DNA from: Azolla caroliniana
Lineage: Eukaryota > Plantae > Polypodiophyta
NCBI GenBank assembly: GCA_043228905.1
Contig: JBHGNT010000138.1
Span: forward strand, 1 to 64,000
Reading direction: 5' to 3'
Length of the DNA: 64,000 bases
Shown here: in pieces, positions 14,301 through 25,065 of the stretch
Layout of the letters: each line of letters begins with the position of its first letter
How positions within the stretch are numbered: position 1 is the stretch's first letter
The notes under the pieces: model-generated
Told to the model about the DNA's origin: nothing
What the model saw: only the letters and a program-made list of their open reading frames with translations
Database searches by the model: none
Translations under genes and position numbers: made by a program

Positions 14301-14550
14301 CTCGACTAGAAAGAGGTTTGGTTCTGCTTGCCGGCCAAGCAATCAGTGCACTTCTCAAGATGCACGTCTTTCACCTTCGGAAAGAGGTTATCTTCGGCAA
14401 GTCTTCTCATCCCTTTCTGGCTCACCAACATTTTCGGATGCCACGTTCACTTCGTCCCGGCATATCCGGGCATGCATCAGGTACAATGCGTTGATCTTCC
14501 GGGCTCGGGCCATGATTAGGCTTCCTTTGCAAAACTTCATGATTCCGTTC
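11345..14550 (-). mobile_element. Ty1/copia (Tnt1/Tork-like) internal fragment: integrase to RT, split by an insertion at ~12225-13961
   Basis: Reads RKINALYLMHA, QYFVTFIDDHSRKLW, HLKVFGCLAYMHV...CIFLGYND, then resumes DEFGYRVWDLV at 12224 and IYMQQPEGFV...LKKSLY. It has many stops and deletions. Confidence 0.88.
12225..13961 (-). mobile_element. 5'-truncated DNA transposase fragment, Sola1/DUF7869-like
   Basis: ORF 13641-13976 contains FRKVKVNFLLVGHTHDYIDQMFS (GHTH-D-D motif). The downstream broken ORFs 13310-13510 and 12593-13273 continue the same gene. Superfamily assignment is from motif recall only. Confidence 0.65.
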
Positions 14551-16573
14551 TGTTAGGAATATGTCCCTCCAGTGGGAGGAGCCGACTGTTCGGAGAGAGC
14601 CGACTATTCGGAGAGAGCCGACAGTCGAAGACAAGGAACAACCGACTGATCGGATGAGTTGGTTGATTAGTGAGACTATTATTAATACTAGATAATAATA
14701 GGAATGACAGTAGTAGTGGCTACATTTGTAAATAGCCCATTTAGGGTATGAGTATAAATACACTTAGGGCAAGTTGCGAGAGTGTGTGAAGTGAGAACAG
14801 TGTGTGTGATCCTCCGTTGTAGTTAACGATAGAGAAGTGTGTGAGAACGTGATGTGAGTCTGTGTGAGCGGCGATATAGTTGTGTTCTGTAACAGCATAC
14901 GCCAAGAGCCCTGCGCGGCTGATACACTCGGTGTAGAGAGTGTTATACTCTAATCTCGTTATTGTATATCCACTGTATAGTGAAGCTCCGCTCTCCATGG
15001 TTTTCTCTCGCTTTAGGGTTTTCACGTAAAATCTGTGCACATTTTCTTCTATGTTTCTGAACTGTGTATTTCAGCGCATTCCTTCTTGTGGATTGTCGAT
15101 TCGTTTCTCAACAAACTGGTATCAGAGCTTGAGGTGCAAGCATGGAAGGAGGTGTGAGTGGCTTCCCAGGAATGATAGTTCTAAACTCTCAGAACTTTGC
15201 AAACTGGAAGATAAAGATGGAGGACCTTCTCCTAGTCAAAGACCTGTATGAGCCGATCGACAGAGTAGAAATACCCATGGGGATATTAGAGTCGGAATGG
15301 AAACTTCTTAACAGAAAGGTTGTGGCCACCATCCGACAGTGCGTCAATGTAAGTGTCCTTCAACATGTGGCGAACGACACAAATGCCCATGGGATGTGGT
15401 AGAAGCTATCAAGTCTATATGAGAGGAAGAACGCCCTCAATAAAACCTCATTGATGAGAAAGATCGTACGGTTGAAATACAGAGACGGTGACAACATTGT
15501 CGAACACATCAACACATTCATGGGGTATGTAAATCAACTTGCTGCAACCAAGTTTCCCCTCGATGATGCCATGCAGGCCATCTTGCTGATGTGCATACTG
15601 CCAGATAGTTGGGAGAACTTGGTGGTTACTGTCAACACCTCCTATCAAGAAGAGAAACTGCCTTTACAAGTTGTGAAGACAAGCATCTTGAACGACGAAG
15701 CAAGAAGGAAGGACAAGGGTGTCCTAGTTCACTCAGAATCAAATCGGACTCAACACATCAGTAGAGGGAGGAATCGGCAAAGAAGTCCACCAAGGAGAGA
15801 AAAGTCTCAAGCCAGGTCGAAGTCTAGAGGTAAGCTCGTGTGCTTCTATTGTGGAAAACCTGGACACTTCCAGAGGGACTGTTGACACATGAGGAAGGAC
15901 AAAGGTGTCATTAATGGTGTTGAACCCAGGAAGATTCCTGATGAAAAGGGAACTTCAGCCATTGCTACGAGCAATGAAGAATTGTTGTTCATTTGCGAAC
16001 AGACAAGTCCAAACCTTGTGAGCGAAGAATGCATTTGGGTGATCGACTCCAGTGCATCCTTCCACATAACTCCATCATGAGAGTATTTCTCGACTTACAT
16101 AGCCGGTGATCATGGTTATGTAAAGATGGGTGATAATGGGGGGTGCAAGGTAGCCGGAATCGGAAGGGTCTGCCCGACAACGTCGACAGGGTGTTGGCTA
16201 ACTCTGAAGGATCTTCGACATGACCCTGACATCAAATTGAATTTGATATCGACTGGAAGACTAGACGATGAGGGCTACAGTGGCAGCTTCCAAAACGGGA
16301 AATGGAAGTTCTGCCGAGGAAATCTTATAGTGGCCCAAGCACAGAAAGAAGGCACATTGTATATGATGCAAACCTGACTGTGCAAGTCGGAAATGAATGT
16401 GATAGCCGACTCGGCAGGACAGATATGACATAAGAGGCTAGGCCACATGAGTGCGAAGGGATTGCATCTGTTGGCCGACCAGAAGCTTCTATCAGAAGTA
16501 AAGGGAGTGCACCTGGAGAAGTGTGTTGATTGCTTAGTCGGAAAGCAGAACAGAGAAACATTCCACACATGGC

Positions 16574-17171
16574 TGTCATGACGACATACATTTTGATTCG
16601 AGCTCAAGACGTCTTGGTCTATATGTTAGACCTTTAACCATTATACTAACATATATGATGTATAGTTATAATAAATGTATTATTAGTTATTACAAGAACC
16701 CTAAACTAATAATACATTTATTATAACTATACATCATATATGTTAGTATAATGGTTAAAGGTCTAACATATAGACCAAGACGTCTTGAGCTCGAATAGTG
16801 TTTTTTCTCTCTCCCTCTACCTTCTACTGTCATCTTATTTTTCTCTCTCCTATTCTCAAGTCATGACAGTTTGAACCGAATGAGTTGTGATGAATGAAAA
16901 GACACCTATTTATAGGTCCTTATGGAGTATTCTAGAATGTTCTAGAATATTTATGATATTTATGATATTTAATATAATCATGGAATATCCTAGAATGTTC
17001 TAGAATACTCTAGAATGTTCTAGAATACTCTAAATGTCTTGTAATAACTAATAATACATTGATTATAACTATACATCATATATGCTAGTATAAGGGTTAA
17101 AGGTCTAACATATAGACCAAGACGTCTTGAGCTCGAATCCTTGTAAGGCCAAAATGTATGTCGTCATGACA
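16574..17171. mobile_element. 598-bp foldback insertion made of chromovirus-type LTR pieces in inverted orientation
   Basis: 21-bp terminal inverted repeat TGTCATGACGACATACATTTT / AAAATGTATGTCGTCATGACA. Internal perfect 93-bp arms at 16596-16688 and 16704-16796. Flanked by ATGGC / ACAGC; removing it restores the host frame FHTRPPRRRD. Confidence 0.85.
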
Positions 17172-18123
17172 ACAGCCACCAAGAAGAAGAGATGTTGCAC
17201 TCGAACTAGTACACATGGATGTGTGTTATGTAGATGCTCTGTCGCATCAAGGTGGATAGTACTTTGTGACTTTCATCGACGACTATAGTCGGAAGTTGTG
17301 GGCTTTCATACTAAAGTCAAAAGATCAAGTATTGTCATTTTTCAAGGAGTTCCAGGCAAGAGCTGAACGAGAGTCGGGTCGGAAGTTGAAGGCTGACTAA
17401 ACTGACAATGGTGGTGAATATAAAGGGCAGTTTGAGCAATACTTCAAAGCCCAAGGTATTCGAATCAAATACACCGTACCAAAGACCCTTGAGTTGAATG
17501 GGCTTGCAGATAGGATGAATCGAACAATCATGGAGAGAGTACATAGCATGCTCTCTCATGCTAAACTGCCGAAATCCATTGGGCTGAGGCGATGTATACA
17601 ACTGTTTATCTGATCAACAGGTCTCTCTCAGTGCCATTTAAGGGTGATGTCCCACAGAGGGTGTGGACAGGAAAGGATGTCTCCTACCAACACTTGAGGG
17701 TGTTTGAATGTTTATCGTATATGCATGTGGCTAAGGATAAGAGGTCGAAGCTCGACAACAAGTCAAAACCATGCATATTCATGGGATACTCGGAAGATGA
17801 GTTCGACTATAGGCTATGGGACCTAGTTCACAAGAAAGTAGTGAGAAGTCGGGATGTAATCTTCTTGGAAGACAAGAAGATAGAGGATTGGAAGCAACAG
17901 AAGTCAGAATTGACTACCCAATCAACCCCTACTATTGTCGACTTGAGGCCAAGCGAATCGACACAGTCGGCTGTTTGGAGACAGCCAATCGGCACAACTG
18001 AATCCAAGCCGGTTGACTTGGAGAGACCGACCGACTATGAGTCTGAGTCGGCTGAGCTGTTAATGTCGATCGAGGAATACAAGTTGGAGTCGTCCAACCT
18101 TGAGACGCCGATCGACATATATG

Positions 18124-18594
18124 TGTGCGGAAAATAGCGCTCGACCACAATTGAGTCTTAAATAACAAATGGAAGAAAACAAACTAACAACTAGATGACA
18201 CAAGATGTTTACGTGGAAACCCTAAATGGGAAAAACCATGGGAGCCCATGGACTCCAACTATCACTATGAGGGGAGGAATACAATGTGAGACTCAGAGGC
18301 AACGACCTCAAGCTCTATGTCTTCGCCAACCGGCGGTTACAACAGAAAAGTCATTCTGTCTCTCTCTATCTCTCACTCTCTTTGTACACACTCTATAGCA
18401 ACTCACATCACTTAAAGTGATTGCCCTAAGTCATATTTATACTTATATGACTTTAGGGCTATTTATATGACTCGATGGGCCCACTATGAAAAATATTTAC
18501 ACATATGTTCTTGGATACGGTTTGCACTAGATCCATCCGGATTCACTCGATCCGGTTTCCGGTTCCTTCATCCGGAGGGACCGAATTCCCAACA
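18124..18594 (-). mobile_element. Solo LTR (Tork-like copia)
   Basis: TG...CA termini and exact 5-bp TSD ATATG (18119-18123 / 18595-18599). The minus strand begins TGTTGGGAATTCGGTCCCTCC and has the GGGTTTCCACGTAAA motif, similar to the LTR at 14551. Confidence 0.88.
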
Positions 18595-19289
18595 ATATGA
18601 ATGTGAACAAAGAGGAGAGTCGGGAGAGACACCCGAATGAGAGCCGACAATGAGTGGAAGGAGATACCCACTCAAAGAAAGGAGAGGACCGACAACATAT
18701 GTTAGTCAATACATCCTCTTGATTGATGAGGGTGACCTAGAATGCTATGATGAAGCCATTTCCGATTAACACAAAGAGAAATGGTTGAACACAATGCCAG
18801 ATGAGATGGACTCCTTACACAAAACTACACCTACGACCTGGTAGAATTACCAAAAGGTAAGAGAGCACTCCGAAACAAATGGGTCTACAAGCAAGCCAGA
18901 GTGCCATACATCTAGCCAAGAATGCAACATACCACTCCCGGACCAAGGAGTGTCCTATCGAGCAAGTGTGGAACGCAAGTTCACATTCGCCGCGTGTACA
19001 AGTTGACCTTAGCCGTTGACGTGGCGTGTGAGGTATGGGTGTTTGCTTTCATCTATTTTTTCCGTTTGGGTGGTTTGCGGTCAGTATAGGCAAATTCTAT
19101 ACGTTGGAGGGACGTTGGTGCTCGTGTTTATGTTCATGTGGGTGTAATGCGCGATCGGGGAGACACACTTGTTCGTAAACACTTACGAGAAATTAGAGAG
19201 ATACCACGAGAATAACTTGAACAAGGTTTATGTACTATTTAGAAGCGACGAATACAAGCACGAGGGCGAAGATCGCACTGTTGGAGTAG

Positions 19290-21840
19290 GCGGGAGGCGG
19301 CGACGCCTAGAGCTCTTTCCTCGTCATCGGCCTTGAATTGGCGACGTTGTTGACGTTCGTCCTCTTGTCGTCGAGACATGCAGTGGCGGCGTTCGTCACC
19401 CTCTCGTCGCTCACGGCTGCTATCTCTCCCGCGCTCCTCGTCCTCTTCCTGCCACCTACGGTGTTCCCTTGATTGTTGGCCATGGCGGCGGCCTTCATCA
19501 TTGCTTCATTCCTCCACGTCAGCATACAAGGCATCACGTAGGCGATTGCATCGATCTTCGGCGGGGATTCGTTCGACGTTCCTGCAGCACCGTTCTGAGG
19601 GTCTTGAGTATCGAGTGTTTTCGATCCATGGGGAGCGACGTTATTAGAGATCTAAGTACTAAAGTAAGCTTAAGATAAGGATAAACAAATGATAGATAGA
19701 AAGGAGAAAGAGAAAGAATGGTGCCGATCCACCCGACCACCCCCGAGCGAGGGGATCGAGACGGACTCGAGCCTCGATCGGCGTCCCATACCACCGCCGT
19801 GGCATCGAGTCGTACTTGGTGCTGGCGCGCTCGCTACAAGATTTGACCCACCACAAGAGCAGAGTCTCGATGTAGTCAAAAAGATTATCAAATGAGGGTA
19901 GCTAGGCCCACGTGGCCCATCAAATGGTCACGTCATTACGAATGCCTCTCGTAAGAACGAGCTCATGGTGGCATCGTATCCATGTAACGAGGGAGGGATG
20001 TTGGATACGTGTGTCATTGGAGCGACCTCACTTGAAGTGAGTCAAGCCCTACGTACTCAACATCATTATGGTTATACGCGTTTCTTTGCGTAACGAAATC
20101 GAGGTCATTAACGGGGTTGTCAACAATAAAAAATTGTTGAAAAAGGGATGGTGACAACGCCATTCTCACAACAATGTGAGGACGGCAACCAACATCCTTT
20201 TCCCGACAAGGACAACTTTCGATATAATCACGTAATAACGAATATACACATATGTTTACTTATCACATATATACGATCAAATACGTATATACGTGACCAC
20301 ATATGCCTATATTAACATATCGTTATATTAAATAGCCACAAATGATGTGATCGAGATACGTAATCGAGGTATATACCTCTACGCACACGAAACATCCACA
20401 AATAAGAGATCATCGTAATACGCAATTGAGGTATTGACCTCTTACGCATACGAGACCAACCGCATATCGTTTACAATAAATCAAGGTATTAAACTCATAC
20501 GCAAACGTAACATATGTTCGTGAACGTAATACGTAATTGAGGTATTAACCTCGTACGCATACGACACTCATCACATATTATTTATATGTCAAACAAGGTA
20601 TTGACCTCGTGCACATATGTAAACGTTTTAGATAATCAATTAAAGACCACTACAACATCATTGACTTAATGAAAAAAATTGAGATATAAACTAAACACAT
20701 GATTAGATGGGAGAAGAGAGAATAGAAAGAAAAATTATGGAAAGAGTTACCGAAGTTCTTTGTTGATCGTTGTCTGGATCAAGGCCGACCGCACATCGAT
20801 CGATCAGCATCAATCAAAAGACAAATGAAAAACAAAGAAACATTAGTACATAAATCTGATACCAAATATTAGAGATCTAAGTACTAAATTAAGCTTAAGA
20901 TAAGGATAAACAAATGATAGATAGAAAGGAGAAAGAGAAAGAAGGGTGCCGATCCACCTGACCACCCCCGAGCGAAGGGATCGAGACGGACTTGAGCCTC
21001 GATCGGCGTCCCATACCACCGCCCTGGCGTCGAGTCGTACCTAGTGCTGGCGCGCTCGCTCCAAGAGTTGAACCACCACAAGAGCAGAGTCTCGATGTAG
21101 TCAAAAAGATTATAAAATGAGGGTAGCTAGGCCTCTTATTTATAGCGATACCCAAGGCCCCCAGGCAAGTTCACACTTGACCTAATGGGTTGTCTCAATC
21201 CCGAGGATTAAAAGTAATCCTCCCCTTCTTTACACTCTCGTTTAACCCTCACACTTATCCACATGTATAGAATACTCTGGTAAATTCTCACCACGGGATA
21301 TTAAATGGTCATGCCCGTAACAGACGTCCTTGTTCACCTTCCTCTCTTTCTCAGCGCTCTTGTAGCTCTCGAATCTGCTTGTCGATGAAATCACCGCACT
21401 CTCGCCTCAGTTCCTCGTCACGTGGCTCATCGCGACCACGGCTACGACGTTCCCTCTCCTCTTCAGAGTCTCTCTTGTTGGCAACGTTGTTGACGTTCGT
21501 CCTCTTGTCGTCGAGACATGTGGTGGCGGCTATCGTCACCCTCTCGTCGCTCACGACTGCTATCTCTCTCGCACTCCTCGCCCTCTTCCTCCCACCTACG
21601 ATGTTCCCTTGATTGCTGGCCATGGCGGCGGCCTTCATCATTGTGTTGTTCCTCCTCGTCAACATACAAGGCATCACGTAGGCGATTGCATCGATCTTCG
21701 GCGGGGATTCGTTCGACGTTCCGACAGCACCGTTCTGAGGGTCTTGAGTATCGAGTGTTTTCGATCCATGGGGAGTGACGTCCTTGTTCACCTTCCTCTC
21801 TTTCGGAGCGTTCTTGTAGCTCTCGGATCTGCTTGTCGGA
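19290..21840 (-). repeat. GC-rich ~454-bp tandem unit (about 2 copies plus a partial), split by the element at 19642-21322
   Basis: 19320-19641 is closely similar to 21478-21781; GACGTCCTTGTTCACCTTCCTCTCTTTC occurs at 21323 and 21777. Confidence 0.8.
19642..21322 (-). mobile_element. Non-autonomous LTR element: 5' LTR 20867-21322, PBS-Met 20855-20864, non-coding interior, U3-less 3' LTR 19642-19908
   Basis: Exact TSD GACGT (19637-19641 / 21323-21327); LTR TGTTACGGGC...CTCTAATA followed by TTTGGTATCAGA. Confidence 0.85.
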
Positions 21841-22360
21841 GGGTTATTGACGTGAGATCATTTCTCGAATATTGTTACCGAGCAAAGTTCAAACACTACC
21901 TTTTTTAGTTAGAATGATTGCTTAAGTTTTGCCAATTTATGTGTAAACACACTATAATGGCTCACATCAATGAATTGGTCATGAGATCCTCCTAATTAGA
22001 GATGACACATGCTAGCACCTCTATTGTTATTCCCGTGATGACATAATCATATATACTTAGCTATAAATATGTTTCATCTTGCTTGTGTTTGCTATATTTT
22101 AAACATCATATTGAAGTCTTTCGTTTCACTTCACTCGTTTGTTGATGGCATCCACATAATACAAAGACTACATGGTGAACTATCCAATGCCTTGAAGCCT
22201 TATATGAGAAATAAGTAGGAAGAACCGAATAAGCTTTTAGCAGTTGGTTTTATTAGATGTGTGTCTCATTTCAAGCTCCATCCCAATTTCAATAGTTCCA
22301 AATTGCTTGTTTACTATATTGCATTCAAACTTAGACTATTATTGCCTTGTGCACAATAAG

Positions 22361-23365
22361 TGTTACGAGCATGAGCATAATTTATCCAGTGGTAACTTGT
22401 ACCGTAGTATTCTACACACAAGGATAAAGTGTGAGGATTAATTTAGAGTGTAAAGAAGGGAGGATGTTGAGAATCAAACTTAACTTAGTCTAGTGTGTGA
22501 ACACACCTTTTAGAATATGTAATGTGAACACACTCAAAGTTCATCACCACTCTGTAACATAACGTTTACCGGCCGATTTCCGGTTTTAGGGAATTTGGCC
22601 ACCATCATCCATCAAGACAAAGTGGCCAAAGTGCTCTTAGCACAAATGAAAAATGAGGGAGCTCAAGGTGCTTATATAGCCAGGGCCTTAACTTTCCTAT
22701 CTATGTGGGATAGTTCTAATTTCCCTATCTTCTCAAACTTTATTTTCACATAACTTGATATGTATTTCTCCATTTTGTATATAGTAAAATACGTTTTGAA
22801 GCTCTTGAGTATATCCATCTTTCTATAGTAAGCTACTAATATAATCTATAATAATTATTTCATTATTTTTTACATAGTGTGTGAAGATTCACACGACAAC
22901 GTGTTTTTAGTATACAACCCCGATGAGCGTCAAGGCGAACCATTGTTTGTCATAAAGCCATTTATGGGAGAAAAAAATGAAAGAATCAAACTTGAAGCAA
23001 TCAACACGTGGTTGGGCCGATGGGAGTCTCATTTTGAGCTCTATCCCAAGCCAGATAGTATGAAGATTGCATATGTTGGTTGAGAACTAGGGGGTAAGGT
23101 TGCAGCCCGGTCGCGTGGGCTCCACACTTTGGGGAAATTGCCAAATACCTAGACAAACGTTGTCAAGGTTTTCAAGGGACAATTTGGGGAAATCGGGTCT
23201 AGAAGGGGACAATTGGTTAATAACTTGTTTTATCAATGGCATCCCTAATTCAGACTATCATTGGATAATGCACGATAAGAATCCCAAATCCTTCGAAGAG
23301 GCCGTTGAAATAGTCCTTTGCTATCAACGCACTTCGAAGAAGAACCATAACAAACCCAACGAAGC
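22361..23365 (+). mobile_element. LTR fragments and degenerate Ty3/gypsy gag remnant
   Basis: TGTTACGAGCATGA... LTR start of the same family as 43624 and 45303, a second TGTTGAGAATC LTR-like start at ~22465, and gag-like LEAINTWLGRWESHFELY...KIAYVG and PKSFEEAVEIVL. Confidence 0.55.
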
Positions 23366-23912
23366 ACCTATATTAAATGTACTTAGGAGTGGAGAATCTA
23401 GAATATCCCACCTAAGTACAAGGTCCTGTCATGATATGGCAAGACTCGAATCCATGACTTTATGCTACATGGGTCGAGCTCTTACCATTAGACTATGAAT
23501 TGTAATTTGTAGGATATTATTTTCATTTATGCTTTATCATAGAAAATTGATGTATATTCCAGATCTCTCTGGAACATTCTAGAAGCTTCAGGATTATTCC
23601 TAAAAACACTATAAAAGGAGGCACAAGGCATTGTTTTGAACCAAATTGGTTCAACGCCAATCTTAAGCCTCGTAGCCGATTTGTACTTATCTTTTCATAT
23701 AATATAAGAGCTGCTGTCATCATCCTTCTCTCTCTCTCTTTCTCGCTATCTCTCTCTCTCTTCTCTTCTCACTTCCTCTCTCGGGAATCTTACGCAATCC
23801 CATCCTCTTAGTACTAATAGTACTGCTCTTCTTTAGTACTAATTCCATCTCTGCTTTAGTACTACTCCTGACAGTTTGAACCAATTTTTCCTTCTACCCT
23901 TTTCCCTATACT

Positions 23913-25056
23913 ATGGCTACTGTTAGCGCCCAAGAATATCAATCCGTTTTCTCCGAGCTACAGTGCTTAAAAGAAAAATTTGTTGCCTTGGAACAAGAAA
24001 ACCAACGGTTGATAGGGGATCTGCAACAAATCGCTCTAGAAAAGCAACAAACGCAACAACAACATGGGGAGTTAGCGTTACAGGTGCAACAACTCGAAGC
24101 GGCATTGCAACAACAAGGATCAAGTCCCCAAGGATTTCATAAAGAGCCGAAGATTGGACTTCCTGTGAAATTTGATGGAACGCGATCGCAATTCAAGGGA
24201 TTCCTTAATCAGGTACAATTAGTCCTCCAAATGCATCCTTCCCGATACCCCACTGATGCATCCCGAGTCGGCTTAATAGGCACATTGCTTAGCGGATCAG
24301 CCTTAGCATGGTTCGCTCCGCTCCTAGAAAAACAATCGCCCTTGCTTAATAACTTTGAAGATTTTATTAGTGAGTTCAAAGCCTGCTTTGGAGACATCGA
24401 CAACTTCAGGACGACGATCAACAAGATCCGGCGATTGTGTCAAGGCGATCGTCCAGCCTCTACCTACGTGGCGGATTTCCGCCTACTCGCTTCAGACATA
24501 CCCTGGGATGATCAAGCACTAATGGAGCAGTTTCGCTATGGCCTACGAAACGATGTCAAAGATCTACTTCTAACTTTTCCCGAAGAACCAAAGTCTCTTA
24601 CGGAGGCAATCAGTCGAGCGGTCCGATGTGACAACCGCCTTTCCGAACGGCGTTCAGAACGTCAATTACAGATACCACGCGCTAGGCCGGAGACCACTTA
24701 CGCCGCAGTCACAGCTAAACCGTTTGCACGAGACATACCTCAAGCAAATACTTCAACACCGATGGAGATCGATACCATCGTCGACGCGGCCCGTTATCGG
24801 AAGAAGAAAAGCAATGACGACGTGCAAATCGGTTATGTCTTTATTGCGGTGGACCAGGGCATATCACAATCAATTGTCCCCATAGGCCAAGAAGACAGGT
24901 AAATCAAATTGTAGCCTGTACTAAACCCGAGTCAATTCTTCCCTTAGGAGTGTCTGATAGTATTAATAGTACTAATAGAGTGTTTGATAGTATTCATAGT
25001 ACTAATAGCCCAAGTATCTCAAATAAATTTGAAATCCTTAGTCAATTAGATGAAGA
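23913..25056 (+). pseudogene. gag: Tcn1-like Gag (coiled coil, capsid, CCHC knuckle), frameshifted near 24780
   Basis: PKIGLPVKFDGTRSQFKGFLNQ, LLSGSALAWF and PMEIDT; the knuckle RLCLYCGGPGHITINCP lies in the shifted frame. Confidence 0.88.
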
Positions 25057-25065
25057 GTTAAACGA

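Larger units (their letters stand above)
14551..18950 (+). mobile_element. Ty1/copia (Tork-like) element: 5' LTR 14551-15113, PBS-Met 15117-15128, gag-protease-integrase pseudogene, RT mostly deleted
   Basis: TGTTAGG...CTCAACA followed by TGGTATCAGAGC. Contains gag NFANWKIKMEDLL, zinc knuckle CFYCGKPGHFQRDC, protease WVIDSSAS and integrase YFVTFIDDYSRK. It is interrupted by two nested insertions. Confidence 0.92.

Noticed and set aside
16696-16706. Telomere-like AACCCTAAA in the hairpin loop (also 56394-56405)
   Set aside because: Only one or two units; expected by chance or as a common telo-box
16574-17171. Classic DNA-transposon MITE
   Set aside because: TG..CA ends, a 5-bp TSD, a TATA box and the U5/PBS junction point to an LTR origin instead
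20340-20625. Palindromic repeats as a CRISPR-like array
   Set aside because: The spacers are degenerate copies of one another inside an LTR element
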